A stretch of DNA of 64,000 bases, taken from assembly GCA_963745025.1 (NCBI GenBank), contig CAVUWD010000013.1, positions 384,001 through 448,000 on the forward strand, in the 5' to 3' direction. A program made the translations under genes and the position numbers. This DNA is from an uncultured delta proteobacterium. GTDB lineage: Bacteria; Desulfobacterota; Binatia; JACPRU01. Each line of letters opens with the position of its first letter. The stretch's first letter is position 1. The notes beneath the pieces were generated by a model. It was not told where the DNA came from. It worked only from the letters and a program-made list of their open reading frames with translations, and did not search any database. Shown here piece by piece: positions 34,192-42,609 of the stretch.

Positions 34192-35871
34192 ATGCTGAAG
34201 GAGCTGCAGATCCGCAACTTCGCGCTGATCGACGAGCTGGAGCTCAGCTTCGAACCCGGCCTCAACGTCATCACCGGCGAGACCGGGGCGGGAAAGACGA
34301 TTCTCATGGCCGCGCTCGAGCTCGCGGTCGGCGGCAAGGCTTCGGCGGACGTGATCCGCACCGGCGAGGACGAGGCGGCGATCGAGGCGGTGTTCGCGAT
34401 CCAGGCAGACCCGCTGTGCGAGCGACTCGCGACGCTGGGCTACGGGGGAAACGGCGACGAGCTCCTCGTCCGACGAGTCCTCGCCCGAAGCGGCCGAAAC
34501 CGCGTTCAGCTGAACGGGGCGCTCGCCACGCTCGCGGTCCTCGAGTCGATCGGCGACTGCCTGATCCGCGTCTACGGTCAGCATGAGCATCACACACTGC
34601 GTCAGTCGGAGACGCATCTCGGCTGGCTCGACGCCTTCGCCGGCCACGCCGACCGCCTCGTCGAGATGAGCGAGCGTTTCGGCGCGTACCACGAGCGTGC
34701 CGAGCGCGTGCGCAGCCTCGTGACCGGCAAGGAGACCGCGCGCGCTCGCGCCGAGATGCTGCGCTTCCAGGTGAAGGAAATCGCCGATGCGGCGCTCACG
34801 CCCGGCGAGGAGGACGAGCTTCGGCAGGAGAAGCAGGTGCTCGGCGGCGCCGAGAAGCTCGCCGATGCGGCGCGCTTCGGCGAACAGGCGCTCTATGCCG
34901 GGGAAAGCGCCGCCGCGACGACGCTCCGCAAGCTCTCGACGCGGCTCGCTGAGCTCCTAGAAACCGATCCGCGGCTCGGCGAGATCGCCAAGCTCGTCGA
35001 GGAGTCCAGCACTCTCGTCGAGGAGGCCGGCTGGCGCCTGCGCGAGTACGCCGACAGGGTCGTCTTCGACCCGGGGAGGCTCGAGGCGATCGACAACCGT
35101 CTCGTCGAGATTGGCAAGCTCCGGCGGAAGTACGGCGAGTCGATCGACGCGATCCTCGCGTTCCAGGCCGCCGCCGCGCGCGAGCTCGCGGATCTCGATC
35201 TCGGCGAGGAAGGCCTGGCCGCGCTGGAGGCGGAGAGCGCCGCGGCGGAGAACGCCGCGCGGCAAACCGCCGCGGCGCTCTCCCAGTCGCGCCGGGCGGC
35301 CGGCACGCGGCTCGAATCGCGGATCGTCGAGGAGCTCACCGCGCTCGGCATGAAGGACGCGCGCTTCGAGGCACGATTCGCTGCCGAGCCGGCCACGCTT
35401 TCGGCGCGCGGGACGGACTCCGTGGAGTTCTTCTTCTCGGCCAACCCGGGCGAAGACCCCCGCCCGCTCGCTCGCATCGCGTCCGGCGGCGAGCTGTCGC
35501 GCATCATGCTGGCGATCAAGTCGGTGGCTCTCGAGGAAGCCGACGCGCCGACGGTCATCTTCGACGAGGTCGACGCCGGGATCGGCGGCGCGGTCGCCGA
35601 GGTCGTCGGCCGGAAGCTCGCCACGCTCGCCCGCCACCGTCAGGTGCTCTGCATCACCCATCTGCCGCAGATCGCCGCCTTCGCCGACCACCACTTTGCC
35701 GTCGAGAAGACGACCGCCAAGGGCCGCACGCGCTCGAAGGTCCGCAAGCTCGGGCCCGACGAACGCGGCGAGGAGATCGCGCGAATGCTCGGCGGCGTGA
35801 AGGTGACGGCGGAAGCGAGGAAGCACGCCGAGCAGCTTCTCGCCACGGGGCGCAGCCGGAGGAAGGGATGA
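34192..35871 (+). CDS. recN: DNA repair protein RecN
   Basis: TGETGAGK, GQH, ASGGELSR, FDEVDAG, ITHLPQ. Confidence 0.97.
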   Translation: MLKELQIRNFALIDELELSFEPGLNVITGETGAGKTILMAALELAVGGKASADVIRTGEDEAAIEAVFAIQADPLCERLATLGYGGNGDELLVRRVLARSGRNRVQLNGALATLAVLESIGDCLIRVYGQHEHHTLRQSETHLGWLDAFAGHADRLVEMSERFGAYHERAERVRSLVTGKETARARAEMLRFQVKEIADAALTPGEEDELRQEKQVLGGAEKLADAARFGEQALYAGESAAATTLRKLSTRLAELLETDPRLGEIAKLVEESSTLVEEAGWRLREYADRVVFDPGRLEAIDNRLVEIGKLRRKYGESIDAILAFQAAAARELADLDLGEEGLAALEAESAAAENAARQTAAALSQSRRAAGTRLESRIVEELTALGMKDARFEARFAAEPATLSARGTDSVEFFFSANPGEDPRPLARIASGGELSRIMLAIKSVALEEADAPTVIFDEVDAGIGGAVAEVVGRKLATLARHRQVLCITHLPQIAAFADHHFAVEKTTAKGRTRSKVRKLGPDERGEEIARMLGGVKVTAEARKHAEQLLATGRSRRKG

Positions 35872-36077
35872 AGCGAGGCACGCGGCCGCTATTCACGACG
35901 CCGATACGCAGTGTGCTCGACAACGCGCTCGAGGACTTCCGTCAGGCGCTTCGCGAGCGACGCGTCTACGACAACGACGAGAACCTGTCCCGCGCCTGGA
36001 ACGGCGCCCGCGACTTCGTCGACTTTCTCCTCGACGGTCCGGGCGTGCTGAAGAAGTGGCGGCAGCGGCAGCGGTGA
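35868..36077 (+). CDS. Small hypothetical protein coupled to recN
   Basis: ATGA overlap with the recN stop; 69 aa. Confidence 0.55.
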   Translation: MKRGTRPLFTTPIRSVLDNALEDFRQALRERRVYDNDENLSRAWNGARDFVDFLLDGPGVLKKWRQRQR

Positions 36078-36138
36078 GGACGGCTGGTGGAGCGACGTCG
36101 CGGTCCCAACCCTGATTGCCATCTCTACGGTCTGGCTG

Positions 36139-36154
36139 ATATGGGTACCCATAT
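36139..36154. promoter_or_regulatory. Perfect 16-bp palindrome, probable vapBC autoregulatory operator
   Basis: ATATGGGTACCCATAT overlapping the antitoxin start. Confidence 0.55.
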
Positions 36155-36404
36155 GAAGACGACGATCGAAATCGCGGACGCGCTGCTGCGAGACGCCAAG
36201 CAGCTGGCCCGGAGCCGCGACACGACGCTGCGGGAGCTTTTCGAGACGGCGCTGCGCCGCGAATTGGCGGCAGCTCGCGCGCAGCCGAGAAGGCGATTCA
36301 AACTGCGAAACGTCAGTGTCAAAGGAAAGGGAGTACAGCCGGGAATCGATCTCTCGAACTGGGCGCAGATTCGTAGCCTCGTCTACGAGGGCCGCGGCGG
36401 GTGA
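36153..36404 (+). CDS. vapB: VapB-type RHH antitoxin
   Basis: MKTTIEIADALL..AK..A; overlaps the PIN toxin start. Confidence 0.85.
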   Translation: MKTTIEIADALLRDAKQLARSRDTTLRELFETALRRELAAARAQPRRRFKLRNVSVKGKGVQPGIDLSNWAQIRSLVYEGRGG

Positions 36405-36892
36405 TCGCCGTAGACACGAATCTTCTCGTCTACGCCAATCGTGAAGATTCGCCATGGCATTCGGCCGCGGTTCGCTGTCTCGAATCGCTTGCAGAATCAG
36501 CAGCGCCGTGGGCGATACCTTGGCCTTGCGTGCACGAGTTCCTCGCCGTGGTCACCCATCCACGCTTGTTCAACCCACCCACGGCGCTCGAGATTGCGCT
36601 TGCGGCCGTCGATGCCTGGACAGAGTCGCCGTCGGTCGTGTTGCTCGGTGAAGCGCCGGAATACTGGGTCACGTTTCGACGACTGGCGGAATCCACCAAG
36701 ATCATCGGTCCGCGTGTCCACGACGCGCGCATCGCGGCAGTCTGCATGCAGAATGGCGTGGATGTGTTTTGGACGGCCGACCGTGACTTCGGCAGATTTG
36801 GCGCTCTCCGCGTCCGCAACCCGCTGATCGATCCGGGGGGTGAGGTGCACGAGCGCCGGCAGCGCTACGGGCGCCGCCGCCTCGCGCGGTAG
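36401..36892 (+). CDS. vapC: VapC PIN-domain toxin
   Basis: IAVDTNLLVYA, EF..VVT, HDARIAA, TADRDF. Confidence 0.92.
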   Translation: MIAVDTNLLVYANREDSPWHSAAVRCLESLAESAAPWAIPWPCVHEFLAVVTHPRLFNPPTALEIALAAVDAWTESPSVVLLGEAPEYWVTFRRLAESTKIIGPRVHDARIAAVCMQNGVDVFWTADRDFGRFGALRVRNPLIDPGGEVHERRQRYGRRRLAR

Positions 36893-36893
36893 C

Positions 36894-39419
36894 GTGACTC
36901 GTCCGCTGCCGATCGATCCGCTTCTATCCGAGATCGTCGACACACTGCGATCCCGCGCGCGGCTCGTGCTCCGCGCTCCGCCGGGCGCGGGCAAGACCAC
37001 GCGCGTGCCCGCGGCGCTTCTCGATGCGGGCATCGCGAACGGAAAGCACGTGGTCATCCTCGAGCCACGGCGGATCGCGGCGCGCGCGGCGGCCGAATTC
37101 GTGGCCGGCGAGCGGGGCGGTTCGATCGGAGGCGAGATCGGCTACCGCGTCCGCTTCGAGCAGAGAGGCGGGCGCGAGACCCGCCTCTGGTTCGTGACCG
37201 AAGGCGTGTTCTCGCGGAGCCTGGTCCGCGATCCCTATCTCGACGAGGTCGGTATCGTAGTCCTCGACGAGTTCCACGAGCGTCACCTCCAGGGTGACCT
37301 CGCGCTCGGCGTCGTACGAGAGCTCCAGGAGACGGTGCGCCCGGACCTGAAGCTCGTGGTGATGTCGGCGACGCTCGAAACCGACGCGCTCGCGGCGTAT
37401 CTCGGCGGCGCGCCGGTGCTGACCTCGGAGGGTCGGGTGTTTCCCGTCGAGATCGAGTACGAGCGGGAGCCGTCGCGCGCCCGGCTCTCGACGCGCGTTG
37501 CTGCCGCTGTCGCGCGCACTCTTCGCGCCGATTCCCGGGGCGGCGATGTGCTCGTGTTCCTTCCCGGTGCTGCCGCGATCCGCCAGAGCGCCGAGGCGCT
37601 CGCCGCGCTGGCCGAGGCCCAGGGAATCGACGTCGTGCCGCTCCACGGGGACCTGCCGCTCGACGCCCAGCGACGCGCGATCCTCCCCGGGCCGCGGAGA
37701 AAGGTCGTGCTCTCGACGAACGTCGCGGAGACGGCGCTCACGATCGAAGGCGTGACGACGGTCGTCGACTCGGGCCTCGCGCGCGAGGCGCGCTTCGATC
37801 CGCGCCACGGCTTGAACCGTCTCGAAGAGGTACGCATCAGCCGCGCCTCGGCCGAGCAGCGTGCGGGGCGCGCTGGCCGAACGCAGAGGGGTCGCTGCCT
37901 GCGCCTGTGGACGACCGCCGAGCATGCCGAGCGCCGCGAGCGCGAAGTGCCGGAAATTCTTCGGCTAGATCTGACTGCCGCCGCGCTCGAGCTTCGCGCA
38001 TGGGGTGCCGGCGATCTACGTGCGTTTCCTTGGCTCGACTCGCCGCGCGACGGAGCGCTCGAGGCCGCGGAGCGCTTGCTTGCCTCGCTCGGCGCGCTGG
38101 GGGCCGAGCGGGAGCTGACGGAGGTCGGACGGCGCATGCTCGACCTGTCGGCACCGCCACGTTTGGCCCGTATGCTCGTCGAGGCCGAACGCGCCGGAGT
38201 CGCGGAGGAAGGCGCGCTGGCAGCGGCTCTCGCCTCCGAGCGCGACATCCTGCTCGAGCGTCGAACGTTCGCCGAAGGAGGCGCGGCACCATGGCCGACC
38301 GGGCCATCCGACCTGTTGCTGCGGATGGATCTCTATCATCGCGCGGAAGGCGCCCACGGTCTCGATCCCCGAGCCGTGCGCGCGGTCGAGCGCGCCCGCC
38401 GCCAGCTCGCTCGATCGCTCGATCGGCGAGGGAGCGCCGACGCGGACGAGGGCGCGATCCTTCGTTCCGTGCTCGCGGGCTTTCCCGATCGCGTCGTCCG
38501 CCGGCGCGGGGCGGGATCCATGCGCGGTGTGATGGTCGGCGGGACCGGCGTGGCGCTCGATCCGGCCAGCGTCGTCCGTGAGGCGGAGCTCTTCGTCGCC
38601 ATCGATCTCGACGGGGGTCCGCGGCGCGAGCGTTCCGAGGCGCGCGTCGGTATGGCGAGCGCGGTCGAGCGGCGTTGGCTCGAGGAGATGTTCCCGGAAA
38701 AGATCCGCAAGGTTCGCGAGGTCGTGTTCGATCCGGCCTCCGAACGGGTCGTCGGGCGTGCGCGCGAGCTCTACGAGGATCTCACGCTCCGCGAGACCGT
38801 ACGGCTCGACGTCGATCCGCTCGCCGCCGCAACCAGGCTCGCGGAGGAGGCGAAGCGTGATCCCGCGCGTGCGCTCTCGATCGGGCGCGACGAACGGGCG
38901 CTTCTCGACCGCGTGCGCTTCCTTGCGCGGATGATGCCGGAGCTCGGCGTGCCCGACTTCGAGCGGGACCTTCTCGCTCGCGCCATCGACGTGCTTTCTG
39001 CCGGAAAGCGAAGCTTCGCCGAGCTGCGTCGAGCGGATCTCGTCGGCGCGATTCGCGCCGAGCTGACTCCCGGCCAGATCCAGGCGCTCGGGCGCGACGC
39101 GCCTGAGCGCCTGGATCTGCCCTCGGGCCGCTCGACGCGAATCACCTACGAGCGCGAGAAGCCCCCCGCGGTGGCCGCGCGTATCCAGGATCTCTTCGGC
39201 CTCGCGACCACGCCGCGCGTCGCCGCCGGCCGCGTCCCGCTCGTGATCGAGATTCTCGCGCCGAGCAACCGCCCCGTGCAGGTGACCGACGACCTCGAGA
39301 GCTTTTGGCGGCGGACCTACCCCGAGGTGCGAAGGCAGCTCCGCGGGCGCTATCCCAAGCATGCCTGGCCGGAGTCACCGCTCGACGCGACGCCCGATCC
39401 GCCACGGCGTCGCCGCTGA
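36894..39419 (+). CDS. hrpB: ATP-dependent helicase HrpB
   Basis: PGAGKTT, DEFHER, MSAT, QRAGRAGR, C-terminal FW...YPEVR..LRGRYPKH.WP. Confidence 0.96.
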   Translation: MTRPLPIDPLLSEIVDTLRSRARLVLRAPPGAGKTTRVPAALLDAGIANGKHVVILEPRRIAARAAAEFVAGERGGSIGGEIGYRVRFEQRGGRETRLWFVTEGVFSRSLVRDPYLDEVGIVVLDEFHERHLQGDLALGVVRELQETVRPDLKLVVMSATLETDALAAYLGGAPVLTSEGRVFPVEIEYEREPSRARLSTRVAAAVARTLRADSRGGDVLVFLPGAAAIRQSAEALAALAEAQGIDVVPLHGDLPLDAQRRAILPGPRRKVVLSTNVAETALTIEGVTTVVDSGLAREARFDPRHGLNRLEEVRISRASAEQRAGRAGRTQRGRCLRLWTTAEHAERREREVPEILRLDLTAAALELRAWGAGDLRAFPWLDSPRDGALEAAERLLASLGALGAERELTEVGRRMLDLSAPPRLARMLVEAERAGVAEEGALAAALASERDILLERRTFAEGGAAPWPTGPSDLLLRMDLYHRAEGAHGLDPRAVRAVERARRQLARSLDRRGSADADEGAILRSVLAGFPDRVVRRRGAGSMRGVMVGGTGVALDPASVVREAELFVAIDLDGGPRRERSEARVGMASAVERRWLEEMFPEKIRKVREVVFDPASERVVGRARELYEDLTLRETVRLDVDPLAAATRLAEEAKRDPARALSIGRDERALLDRVRFLARMMPELGVPDFERDLLARAIDVLSAGKRSFAELRRADLVGAIRAELTPGQIQALGRDAPERLDLPSGRSTRITYEREKPPAVAARIQDLFGLATTPRVAAGRVPLVIEILAPSNRPVQVTDDLESFWRRTYPEVRRQLRGRYPKHAWPESPLDATPDPPRRRR

Positions 39420-39538
39420 CGATCTCGTGCCAAATTGCGACCGCATCGGGTCAAAAAATGGCGCCGCAGGTGTCATAGAACAGGCAGATCGTTCGCGGAA
39501 CCTGACCAGAAACCTACGATTTCGATATTCCCCAAGAC

Positions 39539-39554
39539 TGGTACGAGTGTTGCT
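39539..39554 (+). promoter_or_regulatory. Putative sigma54 (-24/-12) promoter
   Basis: TGGTAC-GAGTG-TTGCT versus consensus TGGCAC-N5-TTGC. Confidence 0.5.
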
Positions 39555-39582
39555 TGATCTCTCACTCGGGAGTAGCGAGTCA

Positions 39583-39789
39583 ATGAGTTCTTCACGAGAC
39601 TATCTCACCGACACTGACATCCGCTTCGAGTTCCGCGTTATGATGCGGTGGTGCCGCCTGTTCCGAAAGACCGCTGTCGACTGGGTGAACCTTGAGGCGA
39701 AGCGGTTCCGCGAGCGCTATCCCCTGCCGAGCCGCGAGCCTGACCGCGAGGGGCGTGGGCCTCTATCCGAGGCCCAGCCCCTCCGCTAG
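39583..39789 (+). CDS. Small hypothetical protein (68 aa)
   Basis: GGGAG RBS; MSSSRDYLTDTDIRFEF...AVDWVNLEAKRFRERY. Confidence 0.55.
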   Translation: MSSSRDYLTDTDIRFEFRVMMRWCRLFRKTAVDWVNLEAKRFRERYPLPSREPDREGRGPLSEAQPLR

Positions 39790-39819
39790 AAGATCGCCCG
39801 CGCGCGGTGCGCGGGTGGC

Positions 39820-40518
39820 ATGAACTGGCTCACAGCGACGATCTCGCTCTACGTCTCGGTGACGCGTCGCGCGGCCCGGATCGCGATCGTCAACTGGCCG
39901 GTCCTCCTGTCCGTCTTCGCCTATTTCTTGCTGATGAGAGTCACGCTGCCGATCGCGCTGGCGCTTGGCGTGCTGGGTGGCTTCCTCCTCGGGCTCGTCT
40001 GGGCCGCGTGCATCGCGTCGTTTCTCTATCTCGTGGAGCGGCTCGTGCGGCACGGACGGGTCTCGTTCGAGGAGTTTCCGGCGAGCTTTGCGCCATACTT
40101 CTCGGACGTGATCGGCGTGATGTTCGTCCTGTGGATGCTGCGCACGGTCCTCTCGCTCGCCGTCATGACGAATCCGCAGGGCATGCTCATCCTACTGGTG
40201 GTCCAGCTCTTCATCTTCGTCTTCTTGAATGCCGTTCCCGAGCTCATCTATCTGGGGCATCACTCGTCGATGGATCTCCTGACCGAGAGCTACCGGTTCA
40301 TTTCCGAAAACTGGATCGAGTGGTTTCCGCCGACGCTGCTGGCGGGCGCGATCCTCGTCTTCCTGACGGAGGTGTCCCTCGGCGGATGGGCAGATCTGCT
40401 GAAGTGGGCGGTCGTCGCTCTCTTCGTCTACTTCACGATGGTGCTGCGCGGGCTGCTCTTCGAAGAGCTCTCCGGCAGCACGCGCCGCGGTCGCGCGTTC
40501 CGCTACCGATTCCGCTAA
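39820..40518 (+). CDS. Hypothetical integral membrane protein
   Basis: About six hydrophobic segments. Confidence 0.75.
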   Translation: MNWLTATISLYVSVTRRAARIAIVNWPVLLSVFAYFLLMRVTLPIALALGVLGGFLLGLVWAACIASFLYLVERLVRHGRVSFEEFPASFAPYFSDVIGVMFVLWMLRTVLSLAVMTNPQGMLILLVVQLFIFVFLNAVPELIYLGHHSSMDLLTESYRFISENWIEWFPPTLLAGAILVFLTEVSLGGWADLLKWAVVALFVYFTMVLRGLLFEELSGSTRRGRAFRYRFR

Positions 40519-40961
40519 GCGGCTTGAACGATCACGAAGACGACGATGCTGCCGAAACACAGGAGGTGGTCTCGACAGATCGATCGCGCCAAGGCGCTCT
40601 GCCCGAGCGGGGAATCGCTGCGCGAACCGAGCCGAACGGCATTGGGATAGACGCGGAGAAGCGCAAGCACGATCGGCCCGCCGCCAAAGACCAGGGAGAC
40701 ACACCCGATCCAGGCGGACGCGTCCGAGGCGATCTGGGTGATGACGGCGGCGATCGTCACCAGCATCACGAGCGCGATCGCGTAACCCATGGGCCGAGCT
40801 TCGGTGGTGACTCGCCTGTAGTATGCGGCGATCGAGCGCAGGACTTCTTCCGGCAGCTCGGAATTCTCGTCCTTGTAGCGAAGGACTTGAACGTCGAACA
40901 TCAGATCCATCCAGAGGACGGCGAGCAGGAAGCCGCCGCAGAGAGCGGGGACGGCAGACAT
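40515..40961 (-). CDS. Hypothetical membrane protein
   Basis: GGAGG RBS; LAVLWMDLMFDVQ, SIAAYYRRVTT; four hydrophobic segments. Confidence 0.75.
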   Translation of the reverse strand: MSAVPALCGGFLLAVLWMDLMFDVQVLRYKDENSELPEEVLRSIAAYYRRVTTEARPMGYAIALVMLVTIAAVITQIASDASAWIGCVSLVFGGGPIVLALLRVYPNAVRLGSRSDSPLGQSALARSICRDHLLCFGSIVVFVIVQAA

Positions 40962-41027
40962 TCAAGTTTCCTCCATCAATCTTGAACTCGCCGCAAGCTT
41001 CTGATTTCATCTCCCTTCTCTGGGCAC

Positions 41028-41100
41028 GGGGCTGTAGCTCAGTTGGGAGAGCGCCTGAATGGCATTCAGGAGGTCGAGGGTTCGACTCCCTTCAGCTCCA
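41028..41100 (+). tRNA. tRNA-Ala (GGC), CCA not encoded
   Basis: GGGGCTG/CAGCTCC acceptor with G3:U70, anticodon arm CCTGA-ATGGCAT-TCAGG, T-loop TTCGACT. Confidence 0.97.
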
Positions 41101-41175
41101 CTTTAAAATCAATGGCTTATCCAACTAGCGAATCTAGCGTTTCATCATAGGTAACAGATAGGTAGCAGCCCCTTT

Positions 41176-41364
41176 TCGCCGGAGCGGCTCGTCCCACTGC
41201 TCGCTGGCGTCGTCGAGCTTCTCCCATGGCTCCGGCAGTGGCACAATGAGGTCGACCCGGAATACGGCGTTCGCATGGGCGACTTCTACGGAGACTTCGT
41301 TCGCGAGGAGGCGCGGAAGCTCGGCCTCACCGAGGAGAAGATCCGGGAGTGGCAGCCGGCATGA
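41176..41364 (+). pseudogene. pglX: 3' remnant of a BREX-2 (Pgl) PglX methyltransferase-like gene
   Basis: Startless frame ERLVPLLAGVVELLPWLRQWHNEVDPEYG...FVREEARKLGLTEEKIREWQP*, recognised as the PglX C-terminus. Confidence 0.7.
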
Positions 41365-41828
41365 GAGACGAACCGCCCATCGAGCTGAAGCTCGTCAAGG
41401 ACGCGGCGCTTCTCGACCTCGAGGTTCTCGACACCCAGCTCGAACCTACCGTCGGCGACGAAGACTGGCACGTCCGAATCCGAATCCGGGCTGAAGAGGA
41501 TCTGATCGAAACCTGCGCGCTCGGGCTGATCTTCACGCTCGGGATGCTCTCCTTTCATGATGCGCGCCCCCGAGGTGTTTCCGACAAGTGGTTCGAGACC
41601 AATGACGAATGGACCGTCGCCGACATGCTCCAGCATCTGGAATTCGCCCACAGCCGGCTGCACTTCCACGCCGACTACGTTCGAGGCCGGTGCGTGAAAA
41701 CAACGATTGAGGTGTGGAGCGACGGCCAGGTCCTGTTAGAGACCGTGAACAGGGGGCAGGCGGCGACCCGGTGGCTCGATCGACTCCGTGGCAAGAGGCT
41801 CCTCGAGGCCGTGCCGGGCGAGCGGTAG
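41361..41828 (+). CDS. Hypothetical protein coupled (ATGA) to the pglX remnant
   Basis: 155-aa ORF; SFHDARPRG, DYVRGRCVKT. Confidence 0.7.
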   Translation: MRDEPPIELKLVKDAALLDLEVLDTQLEPTVGDEDWHVRIRIRAEEDLIETCALGLIFTLGMLSFHDARPRGVSDKWFETNDEWTVADMLQHLEFAHSRLHFHADYVRGRCVKTTIEVWSDGQVLLETVNRGQAATRWLDRLRGKRLLEAVPGER

Positions 41829-41973
41829 ACCGCGGTCGAGTATCCCTTCGGGGTACGTTGGTTGGTGGCGCATAGCGGGGACCTTAGGGGCTGCCCGAGT
41901 TCCGCGGAGCTTCTCCGCGTGGCGCCGGCGGCGCTTGCAAACCGCCGGGGGGCGGTCGTAACCTTGAACGAGT

Positions 41974-42210
41974 ATGCGTTTCGAGGAGCACATCACGGTC
42001 ACTCCAGGCGTCCGGAGCGGTAAGCCCTGCATCAAGGGGACCCGCATCACCGTCTACGACATCCTCGAGTACCTGGCCGGGGGCATGACCGAGGAGCAAA
42101 TCCTCGAGGATTTTCCGAGCCTGAAGCCCGAACACATCCGCGCCGCCCTGGCGTTTGCGGCCGCCCGCGAACGACGTGAGCGCCATCTTCGAGCCTCGGG
42201 CGGCGGGTGA
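41974..42210 (+). CDS. DUF433 antitoxin-like protein
   Basis: GKPCIKGTRITV..IL..LA.G....IL.DFP.L. Confidence 0.9.
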   Translation: MRFEEHITVTPGVRSGKPCIKGTRITVYDILEYLAGGMTEEQILEDFPSLKPEHIRAALAFAAARERRERHLRASGGG

Positions 42211-42461
42211 AGCTGCTTCTCGACGAGAACCTGAGCCCAACCCTCGTCGATCAGCTGGCGGCGGAGTACCCGGGCAGCCGGCACGTGGATCAGGTCGGGC
42301 TCCTCGGCGAGCGCGACGATCGAATCTGGAGCTTCGCCCGTGATCACGACTACGTCTTGGTTTCGAGCGACTCCGACATCCGCGTGGCCTCCGAATCCAC
42401 GGCCGCGTGGCTGATGGTGGCAATGCGGGAGCGCGATTCGGAACTCCTGTTCTCCGGCTGA
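42207..42461 (+). CDS. DUF5615 PIN-like toxin, apparently C-terminally truncated
   Basis: MKLLLDENLS, HV..VGL, D..IW.FA. Confidence 0.75.
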   Translation: MKLLLDENLSPTLVDQLAAEYPGSRHVDQVGLLGERDDRIWSFARDHDYVLVSSDSDIRVASESTAAWLMVAMRERDSELLFSG

Positions 42462-42609
42462 CCGAAGGGGTGGCCGCGTCGGAGCTCGATAGCCCGTTCC
42501 GATCGGGGCTTCGCCGTCGCTGGGCTGCTATCGGGCGAGAGGCTACCTCGGAGCCGGAGATGTGCTATCCGACGCGACGCCGATCTCTGCGCGTGGAAGG
42601 ATTCTGATC

